A stretch of 62,521 nt of DNA, the filler included, from Bonamia ostreae (Eukaryota), in NCBI GenBank assembly GCA_040357525.1. It is 36 parts of 36 records of this genome, joined end to end, with 100 filler letters (N's around TTAATTAATTAA, not from the genome) between each part and the next. Parts side by side here need not be neighbours in the genome. Positions count along the whole stretch, not along the records: positions 24,463 to 26,104 come from JBDODL010001512.1; positions 26,205 to 27,844 come from JBDODL010001513.1; positions 27,945 to 29,582 come from JBDODL010001514.1; positions 29,683 to 31,319 come from JBDODL010001515.1; positions 31,420 to 33,056 come from JBDODL010001516.1; positions 33,157 to 34,793 come from JBDODL010001517.1; positions 34,894 to 36,530 come from JBDODL010001518.1; positions 36,631 to 38,266 come from JBDODL010001519.1; 28 more parts are not named here. One strand, given 5' to 3'. Positions 24,550-38,191 of the stretch are shown in pieces; position 1 is the stretch's first letter, and every line of letters begins with the position of its first letter. The notes beneath the pieces are model-generated. The model was given only the letters and a program-made list of their open reading frames with translations, did not search any database and was not told the DNA's origin. A program made the translations under genes and the position numbers.

Positions 24550-26104
24550 ATTAACGTGGGAGATTGTCCACCAATTTTGGAATGTTTTGTTGAACTGGAA
24601 GGAAAAAAAGAGGAATTGGAAGAAACAAGAGAATTTTTGGACAAATTTAGAGTAAATGTTGAAGGGCACAGCAACATTAGCAGAGAGATGTTCTATGGTC
24701 AATCGAAAACTTTTAAACGTTTAAATTTGCTAAATTGCGAAACTATTTAAAAAATTGAATGATGAAAAATTAAAAAAAGAAAAGAAAAATGTTTTGATAT
24801 TTGAGCCGAAAAAGCGGTTTGAAAAAGTCGGAAAATATACTTTTACAGTCGAATATTTTGAAAACAGAAATCAACTTAAAAGAAGAATTGAATCAAATGC
24901 GCTGGAATTTACTGTTGTTCCAGGTTTTATGTTCATTAAATTTGCTTTTTTGATTTTATTCGATTTTTTTTCGGACAATTTTAATAAAATTTGTTTTTTT
25001 TTAATTTTTCGGTCAATTTTGTTTAATAAAATTAATTTTTTCGATATGTTTTCGGTCAATTTTGTTTAATAAAATTAATTTTTTCGATTTGTTTTAGGTC
25101 AATTTTTTTTATTTGATAAAATATAAATTAAAGGAACTCCAAAGAAACTTAAAATTTTGGAAAAGGAAAAATTTGAAAATTTGTCTGCGTCGAATTTTGG
25201 TAATTGCAGATTGATCGCAAAAGAAATCGATTTGGAAATTTGCGGTTTTTAATATTAATATTTAAGATAACTTTAATACTCCGATCGAAGGTTTTTCGCA
25301 AAAATATGATTTGGCTAAATTTTAACAATTTTTTGTAAATTGGATTTTTGAATAAAAATCATCAAAACTTTTAAGATTTGAACGAGTTTCCAGATATTCT
25401 AATCAAAGTTTCATCGGAAAACGGACAAAACAGAAATTTACCTGTTTAAATTGACAAAATTAAAAAAAAAGAAATTGTCTTATTCCCAAAAAAACTCAAA
25501 AATAAAAAATTTGTCAGTTTTGGAAAAGAGCGGTGATTTTGAAGGAGATGTTTTTCTGGAATTTTTAGTTCATCCAAACTGGTCCCGAAAAAATAACAGT
25601 TCGATTTTAAATCGATTGTCGTCTGATAAAATCAAATTTTATTTTTCAAACGGTTTTGTTAAATTTTTGTCAATTTTGTATTAAAAATTTTGTTTTTTAT
25701 CGATTTTTTTTATCGATTTTTGTACTAAAACTTTAGATAAATTTTGTTTTTTACAATTTTTTTACTGTTTTGCATTTACAAAATTTTGTTTTGCTAATTT
25801 TTGACGGCCATTAACATTTAAAATAAAGATTCGAAAACAGTATCAAAACAAAAAACATTAGAATCAAAATACGCTGAAGTCAAAAGATCAATCGATTACA
25901 TTTTAAAAAAGCTAAAACCGTTCGAATCAGCAAACAACAAAAACATTGCACAATTTGATGTTGATGGAATAGAAAGCTATATATCTTTCCCGAGAAACGA
26001 AGCGGAATCGATATTGAGAAATCAAATAAAAAAAATATCAAATTTTATCGAAGAAAATAAAAGACAATTGAAACTGCCATTTTTTGATGATCCGTTGCGG
26101 AGTG
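24463..26104 (+). CDS. SMCHD1-like protein, internal fragment (last Ig-like domains and coiled coil before the hinge); introns approx. 24719-24779, 24924-25133, 25245-25266, 25291-25375, 25444-25471, 25653-25828
   Basis: The spliced frame stays open: KVGKYTFTV..IESNALEFTVVPGTPKKL..SASN..RLIAKEIDLEICDNFNT..ILIKVSSENGQNRNLP..IKNLSVLEKSG..IKFYFSNDSK..RQLKLP. It is collinear with motifs recalled from vertebrate SMCHD1 (KVGTYCI, VEVLPNQPVKL, RTLVRDLHLSITDDYDN, LPFMFYNDVK, RSCTLP). Confidence 0.55.
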
Positions 26105-26209
26105 NNNNNNNNNNNNNNNNNNNNNNNNNNNNNNNNNNNNNNNNNNNNTTAATTAATTAANNNNNNNNNNNNNNNNNNNNNNNNNNNNNNNNNNNNNNNN
26201 NNNNAAAAA

Positions 26210-26797
26210 TTATTTAAAACGAATGAGGAAACAGACGAACAGCATAAAGGACGTCATGGAGAACAGAATAACGTACAAGAAGTAAGGCTTATATTCCTTC
26301 GAGTAGAAGTTTATTTTCATCGTCACCGGGTGAAGAAAGGGCAAGAACGCTGGATATAGCATTAGCAAGCAAAAGGCGAGAAAGAACATGACCAGGTTCC
26401 ATCTTTGGCAGAACATCAAAATTCGATCGAACCTCCCCGTTTTCTGTTCAAGTCGTTTCTGTTTCCTGTGATTGATCCAGATTCCAAAAAGTCTTTGTTT
26501 TGAGGATTTTGCGATTAGATCAAGAAACCGGAAAATGTAAACGAGGTTGATCAGAGTGATGAACACTGTTTTTATGAGATGCTTGAAGAACAGACTAACT
26601 TCTTTTTCGAAGAATGGGGTATTCAGAACCACCATTGCCCATCCGAACAACGAAGTGGTGGCCATGTTCAGACAAAGGAGTGCTCGGTTTCTAAACTTGA
26701 GCGGAAATTTGTTTCTCCTCAGCGCTACAAAAACAACGGACGTGCACATCACGTAGAAGTGCACGTAAGAGTATGTAAACAGCAAAATCGGTTCCAT
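26210..26797 (-). CDS. Multi-pass membrane protein, possibly the N-terminal TM region of a 7TM-RGS-type protein; probably 3' partial
   Basis: About five hydrophobic segments. The RRNKFPLKFRN motif after TM1 resembles protist 7TM-RGS proteins, but no RGS box is visible in the contig. Confidence 0.6.
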   Translation of the reverse strand: MEPILLFTYSYVHFYVMCTSVVFVALRRNKFPLKFRNRALLCLNMATTSLFGWAMVVLNTPFFEKEVSLFFKHLIKTVFITLINLVYIFRFLDLIAKSSKQRLFGIWINHRKQKRLEQKTGRFDRILMFCQRWNLVMFFLAFCLLMLYPAFLPFLHPVTMKINFYSKEYKPYFLYVILFSMTSFMLFVCFLIRFK

Positions 26798-26842
26798 CGA
26801 GATTATTTTTTTAATTTACAAAACAAAAATCTCCATAAAAAT

Positions 26843-27704
26843 TTATATTTTGAAAAACATCAGTGTTACTAATTGCGGAATAGTGAAAAGAAGAGTCGCC
26901 AGTGCCATGTACCAACCGACCCCGAAATGCTCTATTTCGATGGATTTGAAGATGTACCTCAATTCAGTTCGCCTATTGAGCGGCATATACACCAACACGC
27001 CATACAACACGACTATCAACAAATTCAGGAGGAATCCGGTGTAGACGCTTACTTGCACGGCAAGCTTCTCCCTTCCTTTCAGTCTTTTCCGCGTGATGAG
27101 AACGTGCAGGAATATCGATATCGCCAGAATGGACAGCAATCCCGAAGCAGTGCAAAGCGAAAGCACGCCGAAAGCGTATCTTATGGCCTTTGGTGGACAG
27201 TTAAGTTTTCAGTGCGAAAAATCGCAATCAAAAAATTTGCAGAATATTCGCTTTAGTTATAAATGACCTCGTTGGGGCACCTGGCGTCACAGAGCGCCGG
27301 CATGATATAATAAGTGTTGATGCAAGTGTTCTCCTTGTAGATTTTGCAATCGGCGAAATGGAAAGAAAACAAGCCGAGTCTAAAGTCGACGACTGCGCTG
27401 TCCCTGATCGCTTTGCCGTTCGCCCATGTCTGACTGGCCGTAGACGCGAGATTGAAGAACAACCAAAAGATGCAGAGCACCAGCATGGCCACCATTTTTT
27501 GGCGTTGCCGTCTTTAAGTGTCTGCACAAAACTTTGTGCGCTCGGAGAGTCTAGTGATGGCGCCCATGACTCGTGTGTACCCTCTTTTAAACAAACTCAT
27601 TCGCCGCTGTTTTTTGACCGCCTTTTCGTGCGGCACTTCATTTGCGGCGAGTTGCATTTGGGAATTAAGTGCTACCTGGCTCTGAAAATTAGAAACATTA
27701 CCAT
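26843..27704 (-). CDS. Claudin/PMP22-superfamily tetraspan membrane protein; introns 27682-27701, 27512-27532, 27188-27267
   Basis: Spliced: M|SQVALNSQ..TM1-STASQTW..FRLGLFS..C..C..|AIRYAFGVLSLC (TM2)..TM3..HFGVGWYMALA (TM4). The W-GL-C-C loop and FGxxxY pattern fit the claudin superfamily. Confidence 0.65.
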
Positions 27705-30361
27705 TTTTGTATAAAAATATTATTGATTAAAAGAGCAGTTTCTGCCTCAAATTTTATTTTTATAAGATATTTCGCATAATTTTGGTTTGGACGACAGAAG
27801 AAACCGATTTGAGGGAATTTTAGAAAAGGAACCGGTATGGTTTGNNNNNNNNNNNNNNNNNNNNNNNNNNNNNNNNNNNNNNNNNNNNTTAATTAATTAA
27901 NNNNNNNNNNNNNNNNNNNNNNNNNNNNNNNNNNNNNNNNNNNNTGTTAGGAAGTGTTTATGTTCAACAGATGGCACCCATTTGATTTTTGTCTTTGTTG
28001 AAATACGGTTATAGTTATCAGACATTCTGTCTTTTGCATATACTTTAGGAAGATCTGTGAATGTGTCATATTCATTGCACGGACATGTAAATATGTGAGA
28101 GAGTGGGACGCCAACCGGTACGATTATTCTACCGTGTTCAAAGTGATGCCAAATCTATCTTTGCTAGCACTAGTTCTCGCATAATGTTTTGGGAGTTAAA
28201 GGTAACACTGCTTCTTAAGTCAATGATGACATATGTAATTAACAATGTGATTCTTGTCGTTCAGCTTAATTCTTACGGGAATCATCAATATGGCGGGTGT
28301 TAGGTATAAATATCAGACCCCAGTATTACAACAAGCATCGATATTAAAACTATGTGTGTGGTTAACAATGAATCGACCATTGCAAGAACATATTATTTCA
28401 GCGTATCTCAGAATAGAAACACTGTATATACCTTCCGATGTATTTTTCTTGAAATAGTACATGTTTGTATTCTTGATCACAGACCAGTCAATGTTTTTTT
28501 AATGGATGGCATTATCAATTCACTCTCCGGGTTATCTTTCTTTAAATTGCTTCATGATGGCTTGATATCCTTTGTATCCAAACATGTGAATATATCCAGG
28601 TACAAGACGATTTGCCTGACCGTGTGAGTATCTGAGATGCTCGTCAGTGTCCTTGGTGTTCATCACACGCTTTGGAAAGATTTAATTTGATGCCTTATTA
28701 CTTCGTAAAACTGTCTTATAACCCTCAAAATTCTAACGGGTTTCTGTCACACTTGTTTTGGTTTCTGTGGAAAATATTCGTAGATAATTCGCCGACAACT
28801 TTGTTTTTTAGCAACAGCGACGCTTCCAAGTTTCGATGAAAGGCTTCATTCTATATCATAATTATACCCTACCATCTAGCAACAACTTTTGCAAGGTTTG
28901 ATCTCTCACATCAACAAGGTGAACTGAAAATAAACCTATTTATAGGCGATAATCAACCGTCAGATATCGTCTACTGATTTTCAAAAAATAAAAACTCTAT
29001 AAAGCAAGAAGGGCAGTTGACTCCATTATCCAAATGGGAATTCCTTTGCTGTTTGAGCATTACTAATGGCCCTTTTCTGCTAAAACCAACCCATTATATT
29101 TTGTCTTACATTATTACACCACTGAAACATTATACTTGTAAATACCCAGGATAGGACATTTAAATACAAATGCCATTGTGAACGTTGGGCAGTGTGTCCA
29201 CATACTCTTATTTGTGTGTAAATTCGATTGTGAACTTTTATTGTTAGGTAACATTTACTTTCATCTTATTTCAAAATACGATGAATTCATGAATAAGTGA
29301 AGTTTCCATGTTTACCATTGTAAAAAATAAGTTATATACCAACAAAGATGTTCAAACTCCATTTCTTCGCTTTAACAGTTTTTCCTTTCAAAACATGATA
29401 TTTACTGTTTTGATTATTTTTTTCATCCAATGGAAAATTATGTAAACTATTGCCATTCCTTTACCGAGTTTTCGCATTTCGGAGAAAACAGACGATATGT
29501 GACGGTTTATGACCGCCGATTAATGGACTTTATTTCCAATTCATCACATCATGACAATACAATAGATAGAACCTTGACAGAGNNNNNNNNNNNNNNNNNN
29601 NNNNNNNNNNNNNNNNNNNNNNNNNNTTAATTAATTAANNNNNNNNNNNNNNNNNNNNNNNNNNNNNNNNNNNNNNNNNNNNGTACCTAATGCCTGGTAG
29701 CTTTGACTAAGCTACTACTTTGGGATATCTATCATAGCAAAATATAATCTGCAAATATACGCCATTTCTAAATGCATTACTAGAATTTGTCACTTTAAGT
29801 GATACCAAGAACCCCGAAATCCCGTATTGGCCCATGAACTGAAACTACAATCAAGAATACATACCTTTGCAAAATGGAGCAATACGGCGTCCCGAACATC
29901 CTCTGGGACAAGTCCCACTTTCTTTGTTACAAGTTGCATTTGCGCATTCTCCACACTGCGATGAACAATTATCTCCATAAAATCTATTTTCGCAATCTTA
30001 AATAAACGAATGAATAGTTTTAGATCGCAAATACTTTGATATATAAAAAATAAGGTTTTTTTTAATACTTTACACTTACCAATACATTGTCTTTGAAATT
30101 AATTGAACATTAACATAGAAGTAATTTTCTAAAAGAAGAACATTATTCCTAGAGTAGTGCACACGCAATCCATGTCCATTAACGGAAATCTCTTTCATTA
30201 TGGGTGTAATCCAAGTATATATTTACTGTTTTTGACCTTGGACGGAAACCTAAATTATCGGTATGAATACGACATAGATTGTCTAGGGTCGAATTAGTTT
30301 CATGTTTCGTTATCCATACATTTGACGGATATAGTTTTTACCAGGGATGAAATAGTCTTAG

Positions 30362-30449
30362 TCCAAGGGTCCGTGTTTCCCCTAATATTTATTTTGTATT
30401 GAGTATAGGCGTTATGAAATTTCTCACTGTTTGATACCTTCACCTTTCA
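30362..30449 (+). repeat. Dispersed repeat of the animal-like fraction; other copies near 17491-17523(+), 31266-31319(-), 48644-48670(-), 53973-54123(+), 55574-55599(+)
   Basis: Shared core GGTCCGTGTTTCCC..TTTTGTATT..TATAGGAGTTATGAGATTGATCACTGTTCGTTATCTTCACCTTTC appears on six contigs. Confidence 0.75.
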
Positions 30450-32725
30450 TTTAGAACTCTATAATTATGAAAGCCAATGCATACGCATGAACCATGTACC
30501 CTTGATTTCATATAGGGAATTTGGGTTTCAAAATACGATTATGAAAACATTGAAAAAATCCAGAACTCCGTCATCTTTTGACATAACTTTTACCTAGTCT
30601 CGATGCAATTCAAAGAGCATGAAATGATCAAATGTGGGTCAATGGTTTTTGTCAATGCTAATTTTAGAAAATAACAATGCACATGTAAAATCAAACAACC
30701 CACCGATATAGCATTCAAATCTGCATTTTGATTGTTTATAAAATACTGATAAGTCATGTTAGCAATAATATTTACTGTCAAGTGTGCATATGCCGATTTC
30801 GAATATCAGCGATTTCAATAAGATTGTAAGAATGCGGTGAACTGATAACTACGCCTTCCGACTAATCATAATTCGCTAACCTACTACAGAAAAAAAAATA
30901 CTCTCGTACTTAATTAACATATGTATGTGTATTTTCATTGATATATTCATTCTGTGATTAATTTATCTTACATTGTTAAATTCATGAAACGATTACTTAC
31001 ACAATCACCGACCGGAATTCGTCTACTGCTTTTCTATCGGAATACAACCCTGACTCCGATGAATATCAAAACGTAACAATATATTTTTTCACACCTGCCT
31101 GTGGATCAACTGTTGCGAAATTCGAACTTGATATGTAGTTTGCCGTTTTTAAACTACATTGTAAGTTTTTATTGAATCCAGAAGCATAACGGATAAAATT
31201 TGACAGACTGATTGTCGGAAACAAAACGTATATTCCCTTCTGGTTATACAAACCGGTAGGGGGGATGAAAGGTGAAAATAACTGGCAGCGATAAATCGTA
31301 TAACTCCTATAAACAATACNNNNNNNNNNNNNNNNNNNNNNNNNNNNNNNNNNNNNNNNNNNNTTAATTAATTAANNNNNNNNNNNNNNNNNNNNNNNNN
31401 NNNNNNNNNNNNNNNNNNNTGCTGTACTACATTTATATGCACAGTTATACCCATGGTACTGCGATTCACACTCTGAAATATTTCGTTTTTACATATAATA
31501 TATAAGAATACGTATTCCGTGAAATTATATCAGTTCTTCTGTTATATTACCTTCTCCACATAACATCCCATTAAATCCTCTGTCACACCCATCGAAGCAG
31601 GTTCCATAGACGTGATGACATTTCTTATGGCCTTTACACCTACCACGGGACTGGCTACAATTTTCACCATATTTGCGATCGAGGCATACTGTGAATCATT
31701 GATAAAGATGTATATTAGTTACTATGTCCTAATAAAAAAAAGTATGACATTGTACCAGCCAATTAATTAATGCAACTATGTAAATTGATTATCAAGCGAC
31801 CGCTATTTATACTTTCTGGCATGCTTTTACTATCCGATTGGCGGTCAACACATTCTTAATAAATGTCTACTTCCAGAGATAGAGAAGTGGCAATTGTCAG
31901 ACAATTAAACACCAATCACTACATGTATATATCATTCATCAGTCAACAATCATTTTATGATACTCAATAAATAATCTCACTGGCATATAATAGTGAAAAA
32001 GTACTCTGCAAATATGATTTCTGAAATCTGCTTATATAGTATTATTCTTTTTTTATTGCGTTTCCCAATAGAAACTAGGAGATGATATTGTGTTCCAAGC
32101 TGTAAGTGAATTTGGAGTTGATGTTTCTTGTGTTTATACTATCTATGTCCAATTTGAGAATATGTCAGTTATGAAAAAACATTTTCAATGTCGCCGCATC
32201 AAGAACATTGATGATTTCGTCCATTGTCAGCCGTTTGACATATGTTTCAAACCGTACCAAGTTTAACGAATTTAAAAGCGAACGCCCTAACCAGTGGGTT
32301 GCNNNNNNNNNNTATTCAAAGAGAAGGTTTTACATCAGTCGCATCTAGAACACAAACAATTTCTATGAAATGATGTAATTAATCGTTAAGAATATGTTAT
32401 GCTTGTAATTTTGACAAACATGAAGTTGAGAGCTTCAATTGATTTAATTCAAACATATTTTATTGTTAACCTCCAAAGGATAAAACAGCAGCCATACACT
32501 ATGTATGTCTTCTCCCATAAGTTTGGATTAAAAATAAGGAATAAATAGCATATTTGATTGGAGCATAATTTTGAATCAGACAATGGAGACAGCGGATTAG
32601 TTCCTAAATAAGCTACATAAGATTGAAGACCCTGAAGTGTACTACTACACCATCAGAACAGTGAATTAACGACGAAGGGTATGAAACGAAGGGATTTGTT
32701 TTGGGAGCCGACACCGAACGGTGTA

Positions 32726-32800
32726 AACGGAACAATTCTCAGCGAGAACTGAACAGTTCTTATCGGGAACGGAACAGTTTTCAGTTAGAACGGAATGCTT
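32726..32800 (+). repeat. Degenerate 21-bp tandem repeat, about 3.5 copies
   Basis: AACGGAACAATTCTCAGCGAG / AACTGAACAGTTCTTATCGGG / AACGGAACAGTTTTCAGTTAG / AACGGAATG. Confidence 0.7.
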
Positions 32801-35800
32801 TGGTCCAAGATTCGAACGAACGGTTTGGCCTCGATTTCAGATTCTACATTTCAGACACTTCCTACTTTATATTCATGCATAAACACTGCGGAAAAGAGAA
32901 TTGTCACTTGCCAAAATGAAAGTTTAAATTGATTGATATTAAAAATATCTTAAACTGGAAAAAAGGGGAACGAATGTAGATTGATGCATACAATAACAAT
33001 TGCCTTTAAGTTAACATGGAAATATTTACATTTATGCAATGTAATCAATAGAAAACNNNNNNNNNNNNNNNNNNNNNNNNNNNNNNNNNNNNNNNNNNNN
33101 TTAATTAATTAANNNNNNNNNNNNNNNNNNNNNNNNNNNNNNNNNNNNNNNNNNNNACAGAAAGTGCAATCATGACAATTTAAATTCAATATCACTATAG
33201 AACTACCAATCAGAACTGAATTCATACATAAATCATACTCGTTGCTTAAAACATTTTTCATTGTAATTTAAAGAGATCATAATATATACATGAGTACCGA
33301 GTTGCTAAAATACACATCAGCAGTTGCTATCACAGACATAGGAGTAACACTTATGCTATTATGTGCGAAATATTTTGTGGTTACAGAGGTAGAATGGTAT
33401 AGACATGCAAACATAAAATAATAGTGTAATATTTGACTAAAGTTGTGTATAAAAATCGCCGTAGATACCTAACGCGATCAGGAAAAATCAAACATTTGAA
33501 AATGAAATTTGAAAATACTTAAAACTATTCTAATGGAACGAAATGTCCCACCCCTCTCCCACTGGACTTAGATATAGAGGGGTATACTTTAAACATTTCA
33601 TAGCTGAAGACGTGGAAGACATGTTTTAGATATGTATTGTTTATGTTACGATTGAATAAAAGTTATAAGTCACATCAAAGTCTTTTAAGAACATGCCTAT
33701 GAGAAAACCATGCGAAAGTAAAAAACAATTATTCATGACACATTCAGAAATATGAATCTCCTGTTTATATTTTAAAAGAGCATTATCTTTAGTATGTATA
33801 ATAAAAGTATAACCAGTTGATTACAAGAATTTTTTTTTATGTTTGGATAATTCTCTAGGTTTTTTTTACTGTCAAAGTTCATCGGTTATTTTACATGCAT
33901 GTAAATATTCGGTAGTGTGACTGACAAAACGCCGATAAATTAGGTTCAGTTGCTTTATTTGATTGAAGATTGCAATTTGATACAAACTGCGACTTAACTA
34001 CGATTTAATATTTGAAAGAAAGTACGGCATCCACATTTTACAGAATATACCATGTCCGATATCTTAATTTGATCTGTAGAGGAATAAATTGGTAAATCAT
34101 CTTATACTGTGCAGAACTTGTACAAATTTCAAAACTACTTCAGAGGTGGAGGAGAAATATTACAAAGAACATCGAAATGCACTGTGTCTTTATCGAAAAA
34201 GTTAGCGAGTATGTGTTCACGTTTTAAAATCAAACCTAAATATTACACCCGTTATGTGCAGAGCGCTATGACAAGATATGCGTCTGTGAGCCCCAAAACC
34301 GAAGGCACATATATCAGAAGTTCATTCCCATTCGAACCTAAGGAAAGATCTTTATGAGTTGATATTGTTAAAGCAACAAAGTATATGTGATTAATATGAA
34401 CACTGATAAGTCATGTCACATCACCCTTTCTTGTTGCTTGTTAGGTACAAAATTCTAATTTAAAAAGAAACACTCTCTGAAGATGTGCATTTCACGGAAT
34501 ATTATAGTTTGGGAGTACTCCTAGAGGTTTCTGTAAATAAATCAAGCATTAGACTCGCTGATGTGCATCTTAATTGAAAACAAACCAGAAGCTCTACCAA
34601 GGAACAAGTTACGATTTTTGCCAAAATCCGCCCTGTCAAACAAATTCACCAAAATATTGTATTTGAGAAAGCGGAATTTTTAAAAAAAATGGCCATTATT
34701 ATTGATCATTATTAACCTTGGATACATTCCACTGAAAACGTTTCCAACTTTGGCGTTAATTATGGCGTATATTTACAAGGGCTCTCCCCAAATNNNNNNN
34801 NNNNNNNNNNNNNNNNNNNNNNNNNNNNNNNNNNNNNTTAATTAATTAANNNNNNNNNNNNNNNNNNNNNNNNNNNNNNNNNNNNNNNNNNNNGAATAAA
34901 ATGGTTGGAGGATAAACATATTAACTGCCAAAGTCATGTAATGTCATACCTCCCCATGTAACCCATCATGTTTACTGGTAGATTTGATCATCTAACAACC
35001 CAATTTTTTTTCATGAATTGAACATACTCATCCCAATGTGTAAGAATTATACCATAAGCCACTTTTACATTATCAGTCTATGATTTAGAAAACGAGCTGA
35101 GTAGATATGCATTTTAAGGACTACTGCAAAAGTTTACATGAGATTGAACATGTGGGTTTTTCCCTGGTTTATCCATGTAGCATATTATTCGATTATGCCA
35201 ATGCAAGAAATTAAAATTTTCATAAGTGATAAATCTGCCTATCACGTCAATCAATTATCTAAATTTGATAACGGATGAATTACAGTTAGTGCACTTTGGA
35301 CATAAATTTTCGGATTGCTATTCCACCTATAGACACGAGTGAAATAATTGCTTGTTTTTAACCAATATTAACTCTGATGAGTTGAGATTAATTGACGTTT
35401 ATAGTGGAATAACTTGTTTTATCATAAGATGAATAATGTCGAGCTTGTTGATTGGTTGCGATACAAAAACCTAGAAAAGGTAGAACAACATATTCACTTC
35501 CAAGTGACTATAACAATTAATTTTTCAAACGTTGGATGAAAAAATTGGGAATTTCAAAAGTGATACAATTTGTATAGAGACTTTCTTGATCGAATCGGAA
35601 AGTTTTGTGTGCTTTAAGGTGTCGAAGCATGCATATGGTGGTGGCAAGTACTTAAATTGCTTTTTTATAACTGCCAAATAATGTACACGAAAAAGCGTTT
35701 ATGATCAATGAAATATGTGAATGAAATCATATCGCCATAAGATTCATTGATATTTTTTGGTGTTTGGTGGTTCAACTAAACTTACCCTTCGGTCGCGGAA

Positions 35801-38086
35801 CATATTAAACTTATCAAGTAGCTAGAGTATCAAAATACCGAAAACGTCTATACCGGGTAATTGTACGATATTTTCTTCTGTATGAGACCAATATTTCACA
35901 ATATTCAATATATGATCCCAATCATTTGACAGTTTCATGCCTTTTTTTCTCTCTATATCCTTCCTTTCATTTATGGCGATTACACCTACAACACATTCCA
36001 AAGAAAACTTTACACACGCTCATACAATGTAAAGTCGTTAGAGCTGCGGTCCAATCAAATGTCTATATATCATGTTGTTTGCTTAGATTGGGGGGGGGGG
36101 GGGTATGTAAATAAGATAAATACAAGCTAACCAAACTTCAGGTGCCCGTGTAAATTATAACTAATATAATTTTTTTTATTTTAAAAAATATTATTTAGAA
36201 AAAAGTAATAGTGAAGTATTTCCGTGAAATCACAAGTTAAGTACCAACGATGAAATTTACTCGGTCGCACTTCCAAAAGAGCACACATGATTGAACGCCT
36301 CCTTTGATCCACCTCAGTACCCTTAAAAATATTTCAAGAGTTGTTGTTCCTGTTTAAAACTCTCTTGAATGTAAACATTATCAAACATGCACATGCAGTA
36401 CCAGTCCTGATTTTATTCTCTTTATTACTGCATTTAGCTGACAAGATACGTCGACTTTTACCAAGCATAAAGAGGTAAGATTTTTACACTATTTACCCAA
36501 TATAGCGAATTTTAATTGTTGCGTATACATNNNNNNNNNNNNNNNNNNNNNNNNNNNNNNNNNNNNNNNNNNNNTTAATTAATTAANNNNNNNNNNNNNN
36601 NNNNNNNNNNNNNNNNNNNNNNNNNNNNNNATACATGTATGACCCATATCTTTTTAAGAATATGATATCAATTTCCCTGAACTAAATGGATTTTGTAAGC
36701 ACAATAATTTCATGCATCCATGTGTAGGTCAGAATTCTGGCACTTCGTCTAAAGCTGATGTTGCCTCTACAGGATTGGCATTTGAATTGAGCTCAGACTT
36801 TAACATTATAAACAATAGGCCATAATAAGCCATATCACTTACGAGTTGATTTCATTGTCACTGAAGTCCACCGTATCTTAAAATTATACCACAGAAATAG
36901 CATCAAGATACAAAGAACAAAACTTGATAAAGTCATATTTGAATGTGTTAGACAGTCCCTTTATGTTTTATCTATTTCTATTTTCTTTGTTGTAGGGTGT
37001 CACCATTAAAACTAGAAAACTGATGAGGCCATTCATGCAGGGCTTGGTCATAAGTTGCAGTCAGCATGAGGCGCAAAATCTTTCGGTGACATGTTATCTT
37101 ACTTTGGACCAAATACTAAGTCTGCAATTTGAGCAATTTTCTGAGTTAACATAAAAATCCCAAAGCCACCTCCTCTTTGTGAACAAAATCTTTGATCTTC
37201 TGACCTCCAAATTGTATGCATGCCTTTCTCTGACTTGCCCACTTGAGTACTGAATATGACATCGATATATGTCCGTTATTGCATCAAACAATTGCAATCA
37301 TTTAAAAAAGACACTAAACTATCTTTTATATAAAATATGAATGGTAATTAATATGTAAACAGAGACAGTAATGTGGTTTTTTTTTTTTCAAAAATGATAT
37401 ACAGTGTATGTATATCCAATGCTTGTTTCTCCTAAGCACTAGCCACTAAACAATTTCCACTCGTCCTAGGTAGATCCACATTGTTTACAATCTTTCAGTC
37501 TAGCATGATTTTACTAATTTGGCTGCACAGGATGGAGTTTTGTACGCAACTTTTTAATATTCTGATGAATTGCCACAACAGCTTAATTTTGAATACGTGT
37601 ATGAATTTCCGGGCGGAATTACATAAATCACAAAAATGGTCTTTTTGTCCTAAAGATACTGAAAATAAAGTCTTCAGTTTAAAAAAACGGAGATATCCTG
37701 TTAACATGAAAAAAAATTAACCGATACACAGACAAAGGAAAAGATGGACATAGTGACTACTGAAGAAATTTTTTGAAACTCATGTGAAGTCTTCAAATAA
37801 CTTGTTTGCTTGTGTGGTAATATTAACTACCAATGGCATGCCTTATTTAGTTATATAATGTGATAAATGAAACATTCTATTGTCTGTCGTTTTTAAATTC
37901 TCTCTTAATTTAATGAAAATTAAATCTTGTCTCTACTTTCCCCCATTTAAATCAATTGCAATGGAAATATGATTTTCTACCACTCATCAAATTTTGAAAA
38001 TTATCTGTAATAGCAACACAAAAAATACCTTTACATTTGTGGAAAGTGTAATGGTACCAAATTACAAATCATGCACCTAGTCGTAC

Positions 38087-38191
38087 GTGAGTTTTCCCGT
38101 AACGACAAATATGGTCTTGTAACCTTCTGATCTCTTTAGGGATTCTGTCTTCCTGTGTTGAATCTCTAGACATCAGGCTGTCAGGTTGCTC
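38087..38191 (-). CDS. Possible isolated internal exon of an animal gene
   Basis: TGTTTTAG acceptor, 105-nt open frame (EQPDSLMSRD..HICRYGKTH) and GTACG donor. No homology recognised. Confidence 0.3.

Noticed and set aside
27515-27517. In-frame stops (here and Hsp90 44655-44657) as evidence of a variant genetic code
   Set aside because: Both are removed by 21-nt GT-AG introns, and TAA and TGA terminate well-conserved genes normally (TOP1, ARPC2, G-alpha).
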